A DNA stretch of 64,000 bases from an uncultured Verrucomicrobiae bacterium. GTDB lineage: Bacteria; Verrucomicrobiota; Verrucomicrobiia; Chthoniobacterales; UBA10450. The stretch is from positions 160,001 through 224,000 of the forward strand of contig CAVTMK010000004.1 in NCBI GenBank assembly GCA_963735805.1, in the 5' to 3' direction. Made by a program: the position numbers and the translations under genes. Positions 50,504 through 60,405 of the stretch are shown here, one piece after another. The notes below the pieces were generated by a model that had not been told where the DNA came from, made no database searches, and saw only the letters and a program-made list of their open reading frames with translations. Every line of letters starts with the position of its first letter. Within the stretch, counting starts at the first letter, position 1.

Positions 50504-52765
50504 ATGCAGACAGGCTCTGTTCACATCTATGATTTCGCCGGGTTTCAGCTCGACACAGCGAAGCGACTCTTACGCCGAATGGATGGGACACCGGTTCCCC
50601 TCACACCGAGAGTGTTTGAAACGTTGCTGTATATGGTCGAGCACCGTGACGCCGTTCTCGACAAGGAACGGATCATGGAGGCGGTCTGGACCGATTCGAT
50701 TGTTGAGGAAAACAACCTGGCGCAAGCGATCTCGAAACTTCGACAGGTCTTCGGTGAAACCCCGGGTTCCCACAACTACATCGTCACCGTCCCGGGTCGG
50801 GGCTATCGATTTGTTGCCAAGGTTACTGAGCACTCGGCCGAGGCTGCTTCCGCAGCCGACGCAGAACACGCCCATGCCTTAACATCGTTTTCTAACGAGG
50901 CTGAAACCGGCGCAACGTCCGAGCGACATCCGTCAGGTGTGAAGAGGGCTTGGCTCGTGGCGGCTGCGGTTTCAGTTCTTGCCTTCACCGGGCTTGGTAC
51001 TTTCTTTTTTGTTCGCTATCGCACCGGGCCCGGTGCTGCCGGGGCGCCAACTTCGTCCGTCCCAGCGCGCGCAATTCCGTCTGTGCCGATGCTTATTCCT
51101 GAGAAGAGCGTCGCAGTATTGCCGTTTGATAATCTCAGCGATGATAAACAAAACGCCTTTTTCGCAGCCGGCGTCCAGGATGAAATTATCTCCGACCTCG
51201 CGAGAATCGCAGATCTGAAGGTCATCAGTCGTACATCTGCGAACCTTTACAAAAGCGGAAACCCGCGTAACTCGCGCGAGATCGGCCAGCAACTGGGTGT
51301 TGCCCACCTTTTGGAAGGTAACGTCCAGCGAATCGGCAACCGGCTCCGAGTTAACGCGCAACTGATCGACACGCGCACTGATACGCATTCGTGGGCACAA
51401 ACCTACGATCGAGATGTAGCCGACCTCTTTGCAGTTCAAAGCGACATCGCGCAGGCGATCGTCGGTCAACTACGCGCCAAAATCTCACCCGCGGAAAAAC
51501 GAGCCCTCGAACAGCCACCGACGGCCGACCTCACTGCTTTCGATGTTTACATCCGCGCGAAAAATCTTCTTCTATCGGTGAGCTTTAGTGCTGACACGAA
51601 AGACGATCTGCTACGGGCGGCCGACCTACTGAATCAGGCAGTGGCGCATGATCCATCGTTTTTCCATGCGTATTGCCAGCTCGCCGTAGCTCATGGTCTG
51701 CTTTATTTTTATGGCTATGACCACACGTCGGCGCGACTTGCACTGGTCGAAGCAGCCATCGGAACAGCCTCTCGTCTGCGTCCGGACGCAGGCGAAACGC
51801 ATCTCGCGCGCGCACAGAATCTTTACTGGGGATACCTCGATTACGCCGGCGCTCTGGCTGAATTGGAGATTGCCCGCCAAAGCCTGCCAAATGATTCGCA
51901 GATACTCGAGCTAACTGGTTATATTCATAGGAGGCAGGGACGCTGGGACGAGTCCATACGAAACCTGGAGCGGGCGCTTGAGCTCGACCCGCGCAACCTC
52001 GACACGCTTCAGCAGCTTGCGCTTAGTTACGGTGATCTGGCCCGCTACGCTGAAGAAAAATCGGTCCTAGATCGCGCCTTGGCTATCCAGCCGAACGACG
52101 CTGCCACCAAAGCCATGGACGCAGTGGTGGACTTGGACTGGAACGCCGATACGCGCGCCCTGCATGAGTTGATTAATGAAATACGGGCGAAAGAGCCTGC
52201 TGCATTGCAAAGCGTGGCTGACAGTTGGCTGATTTACGCGCTGGCAGAACGCGATCCCGCGGAGGCTTCCAATGCCTTGGAGGTGCTTGGTGAAAATGCT
52301 TTCGGTGACGGGCCGATTCAGTTCAGTCGTTCATTCCTGGAAGGTGTTATTGCTCGTATGATTAAAGATGAGAGAAAAGCGCAGTCGGCTTTTGTTGTCG
52401 CACGCGCGGAGCAAGAGAAAATCGTCCAAGCTCAACCAAACTATGGCCCGCCGTTAGTGGTGCTCGGGTTGATCGACGCTGCTCTTGGGCGGAAAGAAGA
52501 AGCGTTGCGTGAAGGCCAGCGAGCAGTTGAGCTTCTTCCAGTAAAAAAGGATGCGGTCAATGGCCGCATTATGATCGTATATTTTGCGATGATCGCGGCC
52601 TGGAGTGGCGACAAAGCTGCGGCTTGTGAGCAGCTGGCCGGGGCCGTTCGCTACACCAGTTCCCTTACCTATGGTCAATTGAAACTGATGCCGTGGTGGG
52701 ATCCGCTTCGCGGCGACCCGTGCTTCGAGCAAATTGTCGCCTCCCTGGCACCGCAAAAGAATTGA
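50504..52765 (+). CDS. Membrane-anchored ToxR/CadC-like regulator: OmpR-type wHTH + TM + TolB/FlgO-like domain + TPR
   Basis: N-terminal LTPRVFETL..., NNLAQAISKLR, IVTVPGRGYRF; one TM (WLVAAAVSVLAFTGLGTFFFV); KSVAVLPFDNLS domain; TPR helices; WDPLRGDP.F terminus. Confidence 0.88.
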   Translation: MQTGSVHIYDFAGFQLDTAKRLLRRMDGTPVPLTPRVFETLLYMVEHRDAVLDKERIMEAVWTDSIVEENNLAQAISKLRQVFGETPGSHNYIVTVPGRGYRFVAKVTEHSAEAASAADAEHAHALTSFSNEAETGATSERHPSGVKRAWLVAAAVSVLAFTGLGTFFFVRYRTGPGAAGAPTSSVPARAIPSVPMLIPEKSVAVLPFDNLSDDKQNAFFAAGVQDEIISDLARIADLKVISRTSANLYKSGNPRNSREIGQQLGVAHLLEGNVQRIGNRLRVNAQLIDTRTDTHSWAQTYDRDVADLFAVQSDIAQAIVGQLRAKISPAEKRALEQPPTADLTAFDVYIRAKNLLLSVSFSADTKDDLLRAADLLNQAVAHDPSFFHAYCQLAVAHGLLYFYGYDHTSARLALVEAAIGTASRLRPDAGETHLARAQNLYWGYLDYAGALAELEIARQSLPNDSQILELTGYIHRRQGRWDESIRNLERALELDPRNLDTLQQLALSYGDLARYAEEKSVLDRALAIQPNDAATKAMDAVVDLDWNADTRALHELINEIRAKEPAALQSVADSWLIYALAERDPAEASNALEVLGENAFGDGPIQFSRSFLEGVIARMIKDERKAQSAFVVARAEQEKIVQAQPNYGPPLVVLGLIDAALGRKEEALREGQRAVELLPVKKDAVNGRIMIVYFAMIAAWSGDKAAACEQLAGAVRYTSSLTYGQLKLMPWWDPLRGDPCFEQIVASLAPQKN

Positions 52766-52828
52766 CTACGAATGGACGTAATTCGCGCTTATTCGGACTG
52801 CGTGCGCTACCCCGGAGGTCGACGCAGT

Positions 52829-54034
52829 TCACAAATTCGCCGCGTGAGATGAGTAAGCGCCGGCGGCGGTTCGCACAGCGCTTTGACGCAGTTTTTCGAT
52901 GACCTTTGGGACGACTTCGATGGCACTCTCGATTTGGGCGTCAGTATTGAACCTGCCAAAAGAAAAACGCAGACTTCGCCGGGCGCCATCGGCATTCGGT
53001 TTCATCGCCCGCAGGACGTGCGAAGCCTCCTGTGAACCGGTCCTGCACGCCGAGCCAGCCGAACAACAAATACCTTGTCGATCCAACAGGAGAAGCGCTG
53101 CAGAGGATTCGATGTCTTCAAATGAAAGACTCGAGGTGTTTGAGAGCCGTGCTGTACCTGCACCGTTCACTGATACGCCGCTAACTGTTTCGAGCATCGA
53201 TTTCTCAAATCGATCGCGCATGGAGGGAATATGACATTTTCCTTCTGCGAGGTACTTCATTGCCATCTCGGCTGCTTTTCCAAGGCCAACTATCGATGCA
53301 ACGTTTTCCGTTCCGCCGCGCCGCGCGTTTTCCTGGGCGCCGCCGGCAATTAACGGAGTGAAGCGGGTTCGCGGGCTGACATAAAGCGCGCCTACCCCTT
53401 TCGGACCATGAAATTTGTGCGCGGAAAGAGAGAGGAAATTGATCGCCGTATCGCGCAGGCACATCGGGATTTTTCCGGTCGCTTGCACGGCATCCGTATG
53501 AAACATCACGCCTTTCTCGCGACAGATTTCAGCGGTTTTCTCGATCGGAAAGACAACGCCAGTCTCATTATTTGCCCACATGATCGAAACGAGCGCCGTT
53601 TCCGGACGAATGGCGGCTTCTAATTGGCCAGGGTCGAGATTGCCTTGGCTGTCTACGCCTAGAAATGTGACTGCACATTCTCGTTTCGCGAGATCCTGGC
53701 AGGGGCGCAGCACCGCGCTGTGTTCGACTGCGCTCGTGACTACATGTTTACAACGCGCCTCGACCTGAAGCGTCGAATTGATCACCGCATTATTGGATTC
53801 TGTACCGCCGCTTGTGAAAACAATTTCCGTGGGTTCACAGCCCAGCAACGCAGCGAGCCGTTCGCGCGCAAGATTGATGGCTTTTCTAGCTGTGGCTGCG
53901 AAACCGTATCCACTCGAAGGGTTACCGTAATACTTCGTTAAAAACGGAAGCATCTCCTCGATGACAGCGGGATCAAGCTGGGTGGTAGCGTTGTTGTCTA
54001 GATAGATAATTTCGCTTTCCGCCATTGCTGACAT
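52829..54034 (-). CDS. Cysteine desulfurase (IscS/NifS family)
   Basis: YLDNNATT, GNPSS, SGGTES, HTDAVQ, SAHKFHGPKG and SAGSAC motifs. Confidence 0.93.
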   Translation of the reverse strand: MSAMAESEIIYLDNNATTQLDPAVIEEMLPFLTKYYGNPSSGYGFAATARKAINLARERLAALLGCEPTEIVFTSGGTESNNAVINSTLQVEARCKHVVTSAVEHSAVLRPCQDLAKRECAVTFLGVDSQGNLDPGQLEAAIRPETALVSIMWANNETGVVFPIEKTAEICREKGVMFHTDAVQATGKIPMCLRDTAINFLSLSAHKFHGPKGVGALYVSPRTRFTPLIAGGAQENARRGGTENVASIVGLGKAAEMAMKYLAEGKCHIPSMRDRFEKSMLETVSGVSVNGAGTARLSNTSSLSFEDIESSAALLLLDRQGICCSAGSACRTGSQEASHVLRAMKPNADGARRSLRFSFGRFNTDAQIESAIEVVPKVIEKLRQSAVRTAAGAYSSHAANL

Positions 54035-54065
54035 TGTAGCCGATGGACCATTCGCGCCACAACCT

Positions 54066-54114
54066 TAATGGAGTTGTCATCCCTCCATTACTCCACTACT
54101 CCATTATTCCATGA
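54066..54114. repeat. Octamer tandem repeat with an inverted copy, running into the hisC start codon
   Basis: TAATGGAG (54066) then CTCCATTA-CTCCACTA-CTCCATTA-TTCCATGA (54083-54114). Confidence 0.75.
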
Positions 54115-55208
54115 TTTCGATCTGGGAGCTGGCGAACCCGCAATTGCGCGGGATCACGGTCTATCAGCCGGGAAAACCGATCGAGGAAACGGCTCGCGAA
54201 CTGGGCCTTGATCCAGATGCAATCGTCAAGCTGGCTTCGAACGAGAATCCGTTGGGTCCGTCTCCCAGGGCTATGGAGGCGATGCATGGCGCATTGGAAA
54301 AAGGTCACCTTTATCCGGATGGCGGTGGATTTTGTCTGTGCAAAGCAATCGCAACCAAACTCGGCCTCGCTTCGGAGAACGTCATTCTCGGCAATGGTTC
54401 AAATGAAGTTCTCGAGTTTCTTGGTCACGCCTTTCTCAATCCCGGCGATGAGGTCATCACATCGCAGTATGCATTCATCGTTTATAAATTGATCGCGACC
54501 TCTTTTGGCGCGCGCACAGTCGAAGTGCTCAGCCCGGATTATCAGCAGGACCTGGGCGGAATGCTGGCTGCGATCACGCCGAAAACCCGGCTCATTTTTG
54601 TCCCCAATCCAAATAATCCAACCGGGACATTGCTTTCGCAGCAGGCGATCGACGATTTCATGTCGCATATTACTGACAACGTAATTGTCGTTTTCGACGA
54701 AGCCTATTTCGAATTTCTCGATGATGCGCCTGATACCCTGCAGTTCGTTCGCGAAGGACGGAACATTGTGGTTCTGCGCACGTTTTCGAAAATTCACGGC
54801 CTGGCCGGCTTGCGCATCGGGTATGCCGTTGCATCCGCCGATCTGGTTCAAGTCCTTCACAAAACAAGGCAGCCGTTTAACGTAAACAGCATTGCACAGG
54901 TTGGCGCAATCGCAGCGCTCGGGGATGGCGAGCATCTACGCGAAACAAAGCAGGCAGTCGATGAAGGCCGCGCTTATTTGCAGGAACAATTTACCAAAAT
55001 GAAAATTTCATTTGTTCCCGGGACGGCGAACTTTGTGATGGTAAACGTTGACGACGGGCATGCGATCTTCGAGAAACTGCTGAGACAGGGCATCATCGTA
55101 CGCCCGCTTAAGGGGTACAAGTTGCCTGAATGGATCCGCATTTCCGTTGGTACAATGGAGCAGAACGAGAAACTTATCGCAGCGTTGAAGAAAGTGATGC
55201 GCGGCTAG
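54111..55208 (+). CDS. hisC: Histidinol-phosphate aminotransferase
   Basis: YQPGKP, KLASNENP, NPNNPTG, DEAY and RTFSK.HGLAGLRIGY motifs. Confidence 0.93.
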   Translation: MISIWELANPQLRGITVYQPGKPIEETARELGLDPDAIVKLASNENPLGPSPRAMEAMHGALEKGHLYPDGGGFCLCKAIATKLGLASENVILGNGSNEVLEFLGHAFLNPGDEVITSQYAFIVYKLIATSFGARTVEVLSPDYQQDLGGMLAAITPKTRLIFVPNPNNPTGTLLSQQAIDDFMSHITDNVIVVFDEAYFEFLDDAPDTLQFVREGRNIVVLRTFSKIHGLAGLRIGYAVASADLVQVLHKTRQPFNVNSIAQVGAIAALGDGEHLRETKQAVDEGRAYLQEQFTKMKISFVPGTANFVMVNVDDGHAIFEKLLRQGIIVRPLKGYKLPEWIRISVGTMEQNEKLIAALKKVMRG

Positions 55209-55300
55209 TAAGCAGGCAGGAGAATCTCGATCGGGAAACGGGTGTAATCCCAAGCCACAATCGCATTGGGCGTCGCGAGTATGGATGATAACTGTCGGAT

Positions 55301-55325
55301 TTGGCAACCCAAACGGTTGCCCTAG
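55301..55325. repeat. Single REP-like palindrome
   Basis: TTGGCAACC-CAAAC-GGTTGCCCTAG, same length and arms as 57751-57775. Confidence 0.65.
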
Positions 55326-55339
55326 AATTGGTTGGACTC

Positions 55340-56683
55340 ATGACCGTTTCTGACACTATCGCTGCCATCTCAACTCCCCCCGGAGAAGGCGCTTTAGCGC
55401 TTGTCCGCGTCTCGGGTATAAAGGCGATCCCGGTCGCAGACAAAATCTTCCATGGCAAGAAGATGCCTTCGCAATTTGAATCACACGTACAGCATTTTGG
55501 CGAGATTCTTGGCTCAGAAGGTCGATTGATCGATGAAGTAGTGCTTTCCGTCCACCGCGCGCCGGCCAGCTACACGGGAGAGGATTTGGTCGAGATCAGT
55601 TGCCACGGAGGAATGCTGGTTTCTGCAAAGGTTCTTGAAGCGTGCTTGCGTGCCGGTGCGCGCGCCGCGCGTCCTGGCGAATTCACCGAGCGCGCCTTTC
55701 TCAACGGCAAAATGGACCTCACGCAAGCCGAGGCGGTAATTGATCTGATCCGCGCGAAAACCGATCTCGCTCTTCGCTCGGCCACTGAACAGCTCGAAGG
55801 CAGGCTTGGACAACAAATCAGGAAAATTCGTGATGAGCTGATCGAACTGCTCGCACACATTAATGCGTCAATCGACTTTCCTGAGGAGGGGATCACGCCA
55901 GATGAAGGTGAAACACTGGGCGCGCGACTCGATTCCATTCGCGAAGAAATCACGAGGTGGGTTGCTACAGCTGAGCAAGGACGCATTCTGCGTGAAGGTG
56001 TACGCGTCGTCATTTATGGCGCCACGAATGCTGGGAAATCGAGCTTGCTCAACCGACTCCTCGGTTATGATCGCGTCATTGTGAGCGATACGCACGGCAC
56101 GACGCGGGACACCATCGAAGAGACCGTCAATCTGGACGGCGTTCCTATTCGTTTGCTTGATACAGCTGGTTTAAGAACGTCGACGAGCGAACTGGAGCGC
56201 GAGGGCATCTCGCGGACGGAGAAGTCGCTGCAATTTGCGGATCTGCGGCTCCACATTGCAGATCGTAGTATTCCGAAACCTTCGCATTTCGAAGGCCTCA
56301 TCTTTGATTCCAACGAAATTGTGATCTTAAACAAGAGCGACCTGCCTGAGAACGATGACTGGAGAGACTTCCATGCGTTGCGAATTTCCTGTCTCACGGG
56401 GGAAGGCTTTCCGGAGTTGCAAAGCGAGGTTTTGACCCGTATCACGAAGCAAAATCTAAGGCCGGAGAACACGCTCGCGATTAATGCACGCCATCGCGAT
56501 TGTTTGCGTCGCGCTCTGGAATCATGCGATCGGGCCGCGGCAGAACAGGCCCACGGGTTGTCGCCGGAATACGCTGCGATTCATCTCAATGAAGCATTGG
56601 GTGCAGTCGGCGAAGTAATCGGTGTTGTCGATGTGGAACAGATTCTCGACACTGTCTTCAGCCAGTTTTGTATCGGGAAATGA
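55340..56683 (+). CDS. mnmE: tRNA modification GTPase MnmE (TrmE)
   Basis: DTIAAIST, SYTGED, PGEFTERAFLNGK, NAGKSS, GTTRD, DTAG and terminal FCIGK motifs. Confidence 0.97.
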   Translation: MTVSDTIAAISTPPGEGALALVRVSGIKAIPVADKIFHGKKMPSQFESHVQHFGEILGSEGRLIDEVVLSVHRAPASYTGEDLVEISCHGGMLVSAKVLEACLRAGARAARPGEFTERAFLNGKMDLTQAEAVIDLIRAKTDLALRSATEQLEGRLGQQIRKIRDELIELLAHINASIDFPEEGITPDEGETLGARLDSIREEITRWVATAEQGRILREGVRVVIYGATNAGKSSLLNRLLGYDRVIVSDTHGTTRDTIEETVNLDGVPIRLLDTAGLRTSTSELEREGISRTEKSLQFADLRLHIADRSIPKPSHFEGLIFDSNEIVILNKSDLPENDDWRDFHALRISCLTGEGFPELQSEVLTRITKQNLRPENTLAINARHRDCLRRALESCDRAAAEQAHGLSPEYAAIHLNEALGAVGEVIGVVDVEQILDTVFSQFCIGK

Positions 56684-56710
56684 GAACTGCGCTCTGAAGG
56701 GGCAGTTGAC

Positions 56711-57721
56711 ATGAAGAATTTCTACGAACAACTCGTTAGGCCTTTGCTGTTTCTGCTTGACGCGGAGACCGCACATCATTTCGCGATCGCATCGCTTCGC
56801 ACGGCTTCGCATTTTGTTCCTGCGTTGCGCGCACTAAAACGATTCACGCCGCCGTCGAAACCAAAAACTCTGTTTGGCGTGACCTTTCCGAATCCAATCG
56901 GCCTCGCCGCCGGGCTGGACAAAAACGGCGTCGCCTTGCCGGCATGGGCGGCGTTTGGGTTTGGTTACATTGAAATTGGGACCGTGACCGCGATCGCTCA
57001 ACCAGGAAATCCCAGGCCCCGCATCTTTCGACTGCCTGAACAAGAAGCACTGATTAATCGCCTCGGATTTAACAACGATGGTGCCGATGCCGTCGCGAAA
57101 CGGTTGCGCGGCCTGCGCGAGAGCGGGCGATGGCCTGCAATTCCAGTCGGAATTAATATTGGCAAATCGAGAGCGACTCCTTTTGAACGCGCGACCGACG
57201 ACTACCTGTACTCGTTTCGATTGCTCCGCGACTTTGCTGATTACGTGACATTAAATGTGAGTTCGCCTAACACTCCCGGCCTAAGGGAACTGCAGGAACC
57301 GACAGCGCTATCACGATTGCTGCACGCGATCGGAAGCGAACCGGGGCCGGTCGCGAAACCGCTCGTTGTAAAGATTTCGCCTGATCTATCGCCGCTGGAA
57401 TTAGAAGCGGTCCTTGCGGTATGCGAAGAAAGCGGCGTGTCGGCGATTATCGCGACGAACACGACGCTCGATCATTCCTTGATTCCATCGGAACTAGACG
57501 AGCAAGGTGGTTTGAGTGGTGCACCGCTCCGGGAGAGATCGACCGCTTTGGTGCGCAACATTGCTGCAAACTCCAAAATTCCTGTGATCGCGTCCGGCGG
57601 AATCTGCGACGTCGAATCCGCTCGCGAAAAATTTGATGCGGGCGCGAAGCTTGTTCAGCTGTACACCGGATTCGTTTATCACGGTCCGGGACTTCTTCGC
57701 GAAATCATGAAGAAATTGTAG
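56711..57721 (+). CDS. pyrD: Quinone-dependent dihydroorotate dehydrogenase (class 2)
   Basis: NPIGLAAGLDK, GNPRPRIFRL, INRLGFNN, NVSSPNTPGLR and GGLSG motifs. Confidence 0.96.
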   Translation: MKNFYEQLVRPLLFLLDAETAHHFAIASLRTASHFVPALRALKRFTPPSKPKTLFGVTFPNPIGLAAGLDKNGVALPAWAAFGFGYIEIGTVTAIAQPGNPRPRIFRLPEQEALINRLGFNNDGADAVAKRLRGLRESGRWPAIPVGINIGKSRATPFERATDDYLYSFRLLRDFADYVTLNVSSPNTPGLRELQEPTALSRLLHAIGSEPGPVAKPLVVKISPDLSPLELEAVLAVCEESGVSAIIATNTTLDHSLIPSELDEQGGLSGAPLRERSTALVRNIAANSKIPVIASGGICDVESAREKFDAGAKLVQLYTGFVYHGPGLLREIMKKL

Positions 57722-57776
57722 GGCGTGCGGATCGCCCGCTTTCACTATGGTTGGCAACCGGAGCAGTTGCCCTACA
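57717..57776. repeat. Inverted pair of GTAG-type REP palindromes
   Basis: TGTAGGGCG...CGCCC and GGCAACCGGAGCAGTTGCCCTACA; the left GTAG contains the pyrD TAG stop. Confidence 0.7.
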
Positions 57777-57793
57777 GTTGATCGATTTTTGAA

Positions 57794-58492
57794 ATGAAAT
57801 TTTCCCGAAAAATTCTCAAATTTGCCAAACCACTGAGCTACCGCCGCGGCTGGCGCAGAGCGCAACGCTCGATTTTTCGCATTCCGCTTCAGCCAATGCT
57901 GGCGAAAATAGATCAGGCACGCGCCCGGGAAATTCAGCAGCGCTACGCAAATTCCACTGCCGGATACGCCAAATACGCAAACATCGAACCGTGGTTGCGA
58001 TTAAATAGGGAACGCGCGCAGGATTTGAAACTGCATCGTTCAGAGCCGAAACGCGTGCTCGATCTCGGTTGCGGCGGCGGATTTTTCTTATTCATCGCCA
58101 GAAACCTCGGTCATTCCGTTCTGGGCGTGGACATCGAGCACATCGCTCTTTTTACCGAACTGCTCGAGTTATTCGAAGTTCCGCGCGTAGTTTGGAGGAT
58201 CAGCGCGTTTGAACCATTGCCTGACCTTGGCCAAAAATTTGATTGGATCACCGCGTTTTCCACCAACTTCTATCTTTACCATCCGTCGAAGCAACGCTGG
58301 GGGACAGCTGAGTGGGATTTTTTCCTGGACGATTTACGGCAGCAACTCGCCCCGGGCGGCAAGGTTTTCTTTGGACTGAATCCTCTCTATAACGGCGAGT
58401 ATTACACGCCGGAACTACGCGACCTTTTCATTAGCCGTGGCGCCGATGTGGAGCGCGAACGAATTTTCTTTCCGAACGGAGTACGTTTCTAG
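57794..58492 (+). CDS. Class I SAM-dependent methyltransferase
   Basis: VLDLGCGGG, GVD, FDWIT and LAPGG motifs. Confidence 0.85.
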   Translation: MKFSRKILKFAKPLSYRRGWRRAQRSIFRIPLQPMLAKIDQARAREIQQRYANSTAGYAKYANIEPWLRLNRERAQDLKLHRSEPKRVLDLGCGGGFFLFIARNLGHSVLGVDIEHIALFTELLELFEVPRVVWRISAFEPLPDLGQKFDWITAFSTNFYLYHPSKQRWGTAEWDFFLDDLRQQLAPGGKVFFGLNPLYNGEYYTPELRDLFISRGADVERERIFFPNGVRF

Positions 58493-58503
58493 TGCGTGGC
58501 TAC

Positions 58504-58923
58504 CTAGGGACTGGCGGACGGTTCGGGTGCGGACTCGTGAGGGCCGTGACGGTGGCGCAATCGCCGGTGCCGCTCTTCGATCTGTTGTAGTTTTTGCCGT
58601 TGTTCGTCGGTGAGATTCACCGCGATTTCCTTATGCGCTTCCGTCATGATCTTATGCACGCGTCGGCCAGTGTCGCGTCGAATTTCTCGAAGCTGCGCAG
58701 CCGTTTCATCGACAATTGGCGAAATCTTTGCCACTTGTTCAGGTGTCAGCCTGAGCTCCGTGCGAAGGCGTTCTTTCATTCTATCGCCCACTCGTCCCGG
58801 ACGATGATTCTCAAAGAAAAGATGCCGAGCGTAAAATCCGCCCAGAGCGGCGCCAGCGATTCCACCGGCGACGAATACAAGGACAAATCCAGCAACAAGT
58901 TTCCATTTCAACGCGCCGTTCAT
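58504..58923 (-). CDS. Spy/CpxP-like (LTxxQ) membrane-tethered periplasmic protein
   Basis: N-terminal TM LVFVAGGIAG; LRLTPEQ and NLTDEQ motifs. Confidence 0.7.
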   Translation of the reverse strand: MNGALKWKLVAGFVLVFVAGGIAGAALGGFYARHLFFENHRPGRVGDRMKERLRTELRLTPEQVAKISPIVDETAAQLREIRRDTGRRVHKIMTEAHKEIAVNLTDEQRQKLQQIEERHRRLRHRHGPHESAPEPSASP

Positions 58924-59219
58924 TGTGAAAACTCGTCCTGAATGGCCGTGTCGGCGATAGCGAACTCGTTAGTCAAGTCGTTGTACTGTTCCCGGGTCTG
59001 TCTGATTTCGCGAACAGCTGCCAATGTCGAAATAGCGATCACTGCGGCCGATAAAATCGCAACGCGGCGGAGCAGCGACGCAATAGCGTTCGGCTTCGTC
59101 GCGAAACCACGCCAGAGCGCCACGACGCGGGTATCGAATCCAAACGGCATTTCAACCGGAACCTCCTCGCTCGCCTGCGCGGCTGATTGCAACAACCGAT
59201 CGATTTCTCGATTCTTCAT
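58920..59219 (-). CDS. Putative anti-sigma factor
   Basis: Overlaps the ECF gene; IDRLL...PFGFDTRVVA N-terminus followed by one TM. Confidence 0.7.
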   Translation of the reverse strand: MKNREIDRLLQSAAQASEEVPVEMPFGFDTRVVALWRGFATKPNAIASLLRRVAILSAAVIAISTLAAVREIRQTREQYNDLTNEFAIADTAIQDEFSQ

Positions 59220-59797
59220 ACTTCTTCCTTGGCCGAAATCCTGGCGAGCTGTTCTTTCATTTTTTGTCGTGCTCGAAACGCCCGCACTTTAACGAGCGCC
59301 GCGCTCCAGCCTGTGATTTTGCGGATTTCTTCAACTGAACGTCCTTGCAAGTATAGCAAATCGATGGCGAGCCGTTCGACTGGTTTGAGCGCAGCCAGAA
59401 GATGCTCAACCAGTTGGCGCGAGGCCAAACTCTGGTCAGGGGCCAACTCGTCGGCGGAAGTTGTGAGGTTTTCAATCACGGTCTGTTCTTCCACGCTCAA
59501 ATCCGCGTGACGAAGCTCGGGTCGTATTTTCTCCCACTGAATCTGGTTCAGGCAAGTATTGACTGCGATCCGTGAGACCCAGTGCTCCAGCGGCACTTTA
59601 CCGGAAAATTGCGATAATTTTTGGAATACTTTGATGAAAATCATTTGGCAAAGGTCCTCTTCATCCGTTCGATGCGGGCGATGAGAGCGGACGATTTTGG
59701 CCACGAGCGGATAGAGCTGGCGCACCAGTACACGAGCCGCCTCATCGTCATGCTGAAGCGCAGCATGAACAAGCGCACTTGCATCAGTATCATCCAT
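59216..59797 (-). CDS. ECF RNA polymerase sigma factor
   Basis: EDLCQ.IFIK, WVSRIAVN.C and region-4 SVEEI..ITGWS...VKVRAFRAR. Confidence 0.92.
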   Translation of the reverse strand: MDDTDASALVHAALQHDDEAARVLVRQLYPLVAKIVRSHRPHRTDEEDLCQMIFIKVFQKLSQFSGKVPLEHWVSRIAVNTCLNQIQWEKIRPELRHADLSVEEQTVIENLTTSADELAPDQSLASRQLVEHLLAALKPVERLAIDLLYLQGRSVEEIRKITGWSAALVKVRAFRARQKMKEQLARISAKEEV

Positions 59798-59827
59798 GTA
59801 ATCGAGAGCGCATCCACACCAGTAGCA

Positions 59828-59860
59828 ATGACCGCTACCGTAGCGCTTTGGTTACAATTT
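59828..59860 (-). promoter_or_regulatory. Candidate ECF autoregulatory promoter
   Basis: Minus strand AAATTGTAACC-N16-GGTCAT, 30 nt upstream of the sigma ATG. Confidence 0.75.
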
Positions 59861-59920
59861 TGGATGTAGAAGCGCTTGTGCCAAGCCCCTGTCGACCTTT
59901 GCAACGAGCCAGCACAAGAA

Positions 59921-59953
59921 AAATTGTAACCAGCAAGCCGGCCTGCCAGTCAT
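59921..59953 (+). promoter_or_regulatory. Candidate ECF target promoter
   Basis: Plus strand AAATTGTAACC-N16-AGTCAT, 37 nt upstream of the 59991 ATG. Confidence 0.75.
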
Positions 59954-59990
59954 GAGTTGGAGAAGCGAAACAACATTTCGCGAAGTCTAA

Positions 59991-60380
59991 ATGAAACAAA
60001 CCATGAAAAGAAACATACTAACGTTTGTGGCCGCGGGTGCGATAGCGCTTGGCGGCTTTGTCGTTGTGCAGGCGCAACCCGGTCCTAATGGGTCTGGGGA
60101 GCACGGGCACGCGTTTGGCCTGCGGGGAATTACCAAGCAGTTGAACCTGACCTCTGATCAGGAGACAAAGGTTCAGCCGATTCTCGATGCGGCCAAGCCG
60201 CAACTCGCTGCCATTCATCAGGAGGCGATGCAGAAAGCAAAAGGAGTCATCGACAGCTCGTTGACGCAGATTCGGCCGTTGCTGACGGCTGATCAGCAGA
60301 AGAAGCTGGATGCCATCCAAAAGGCGCATCAAGACATGATGAACGCTCACAAGGAGCTTCACGACGCAATGCAGCAATAA
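59991..60380 (+). CDS. Spy/CpxP-like (LTxxQ) periplasmic protein
   Basis: Signal peptide ending VQA; LNLTSDQ and LLTADQ motifs. Confidence 0.75.
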   Translation: MKQTMKRNILTFVAAGAIALGGFVVVQAQPGPNGSGEHGHAFGLRGITKQLNLTSDQETKVQPILDAAKPQLAAIHQEAMQKAKGVIDSSLTQIRPLLTADQQKKLDAIQKAHQDMMNAHKELHDAMQQ

Positions 60381-60405
60381 CTTAATTGTTCAGAGCGGTG
60401 GGGAC

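Noticed and set aside
54068..54211. His-attenuator leader peptide upstream of hisC
   Set aside because: The out-of-frame ORF has only scattered His codons arising from the octamer repeat; no His run or terminator.
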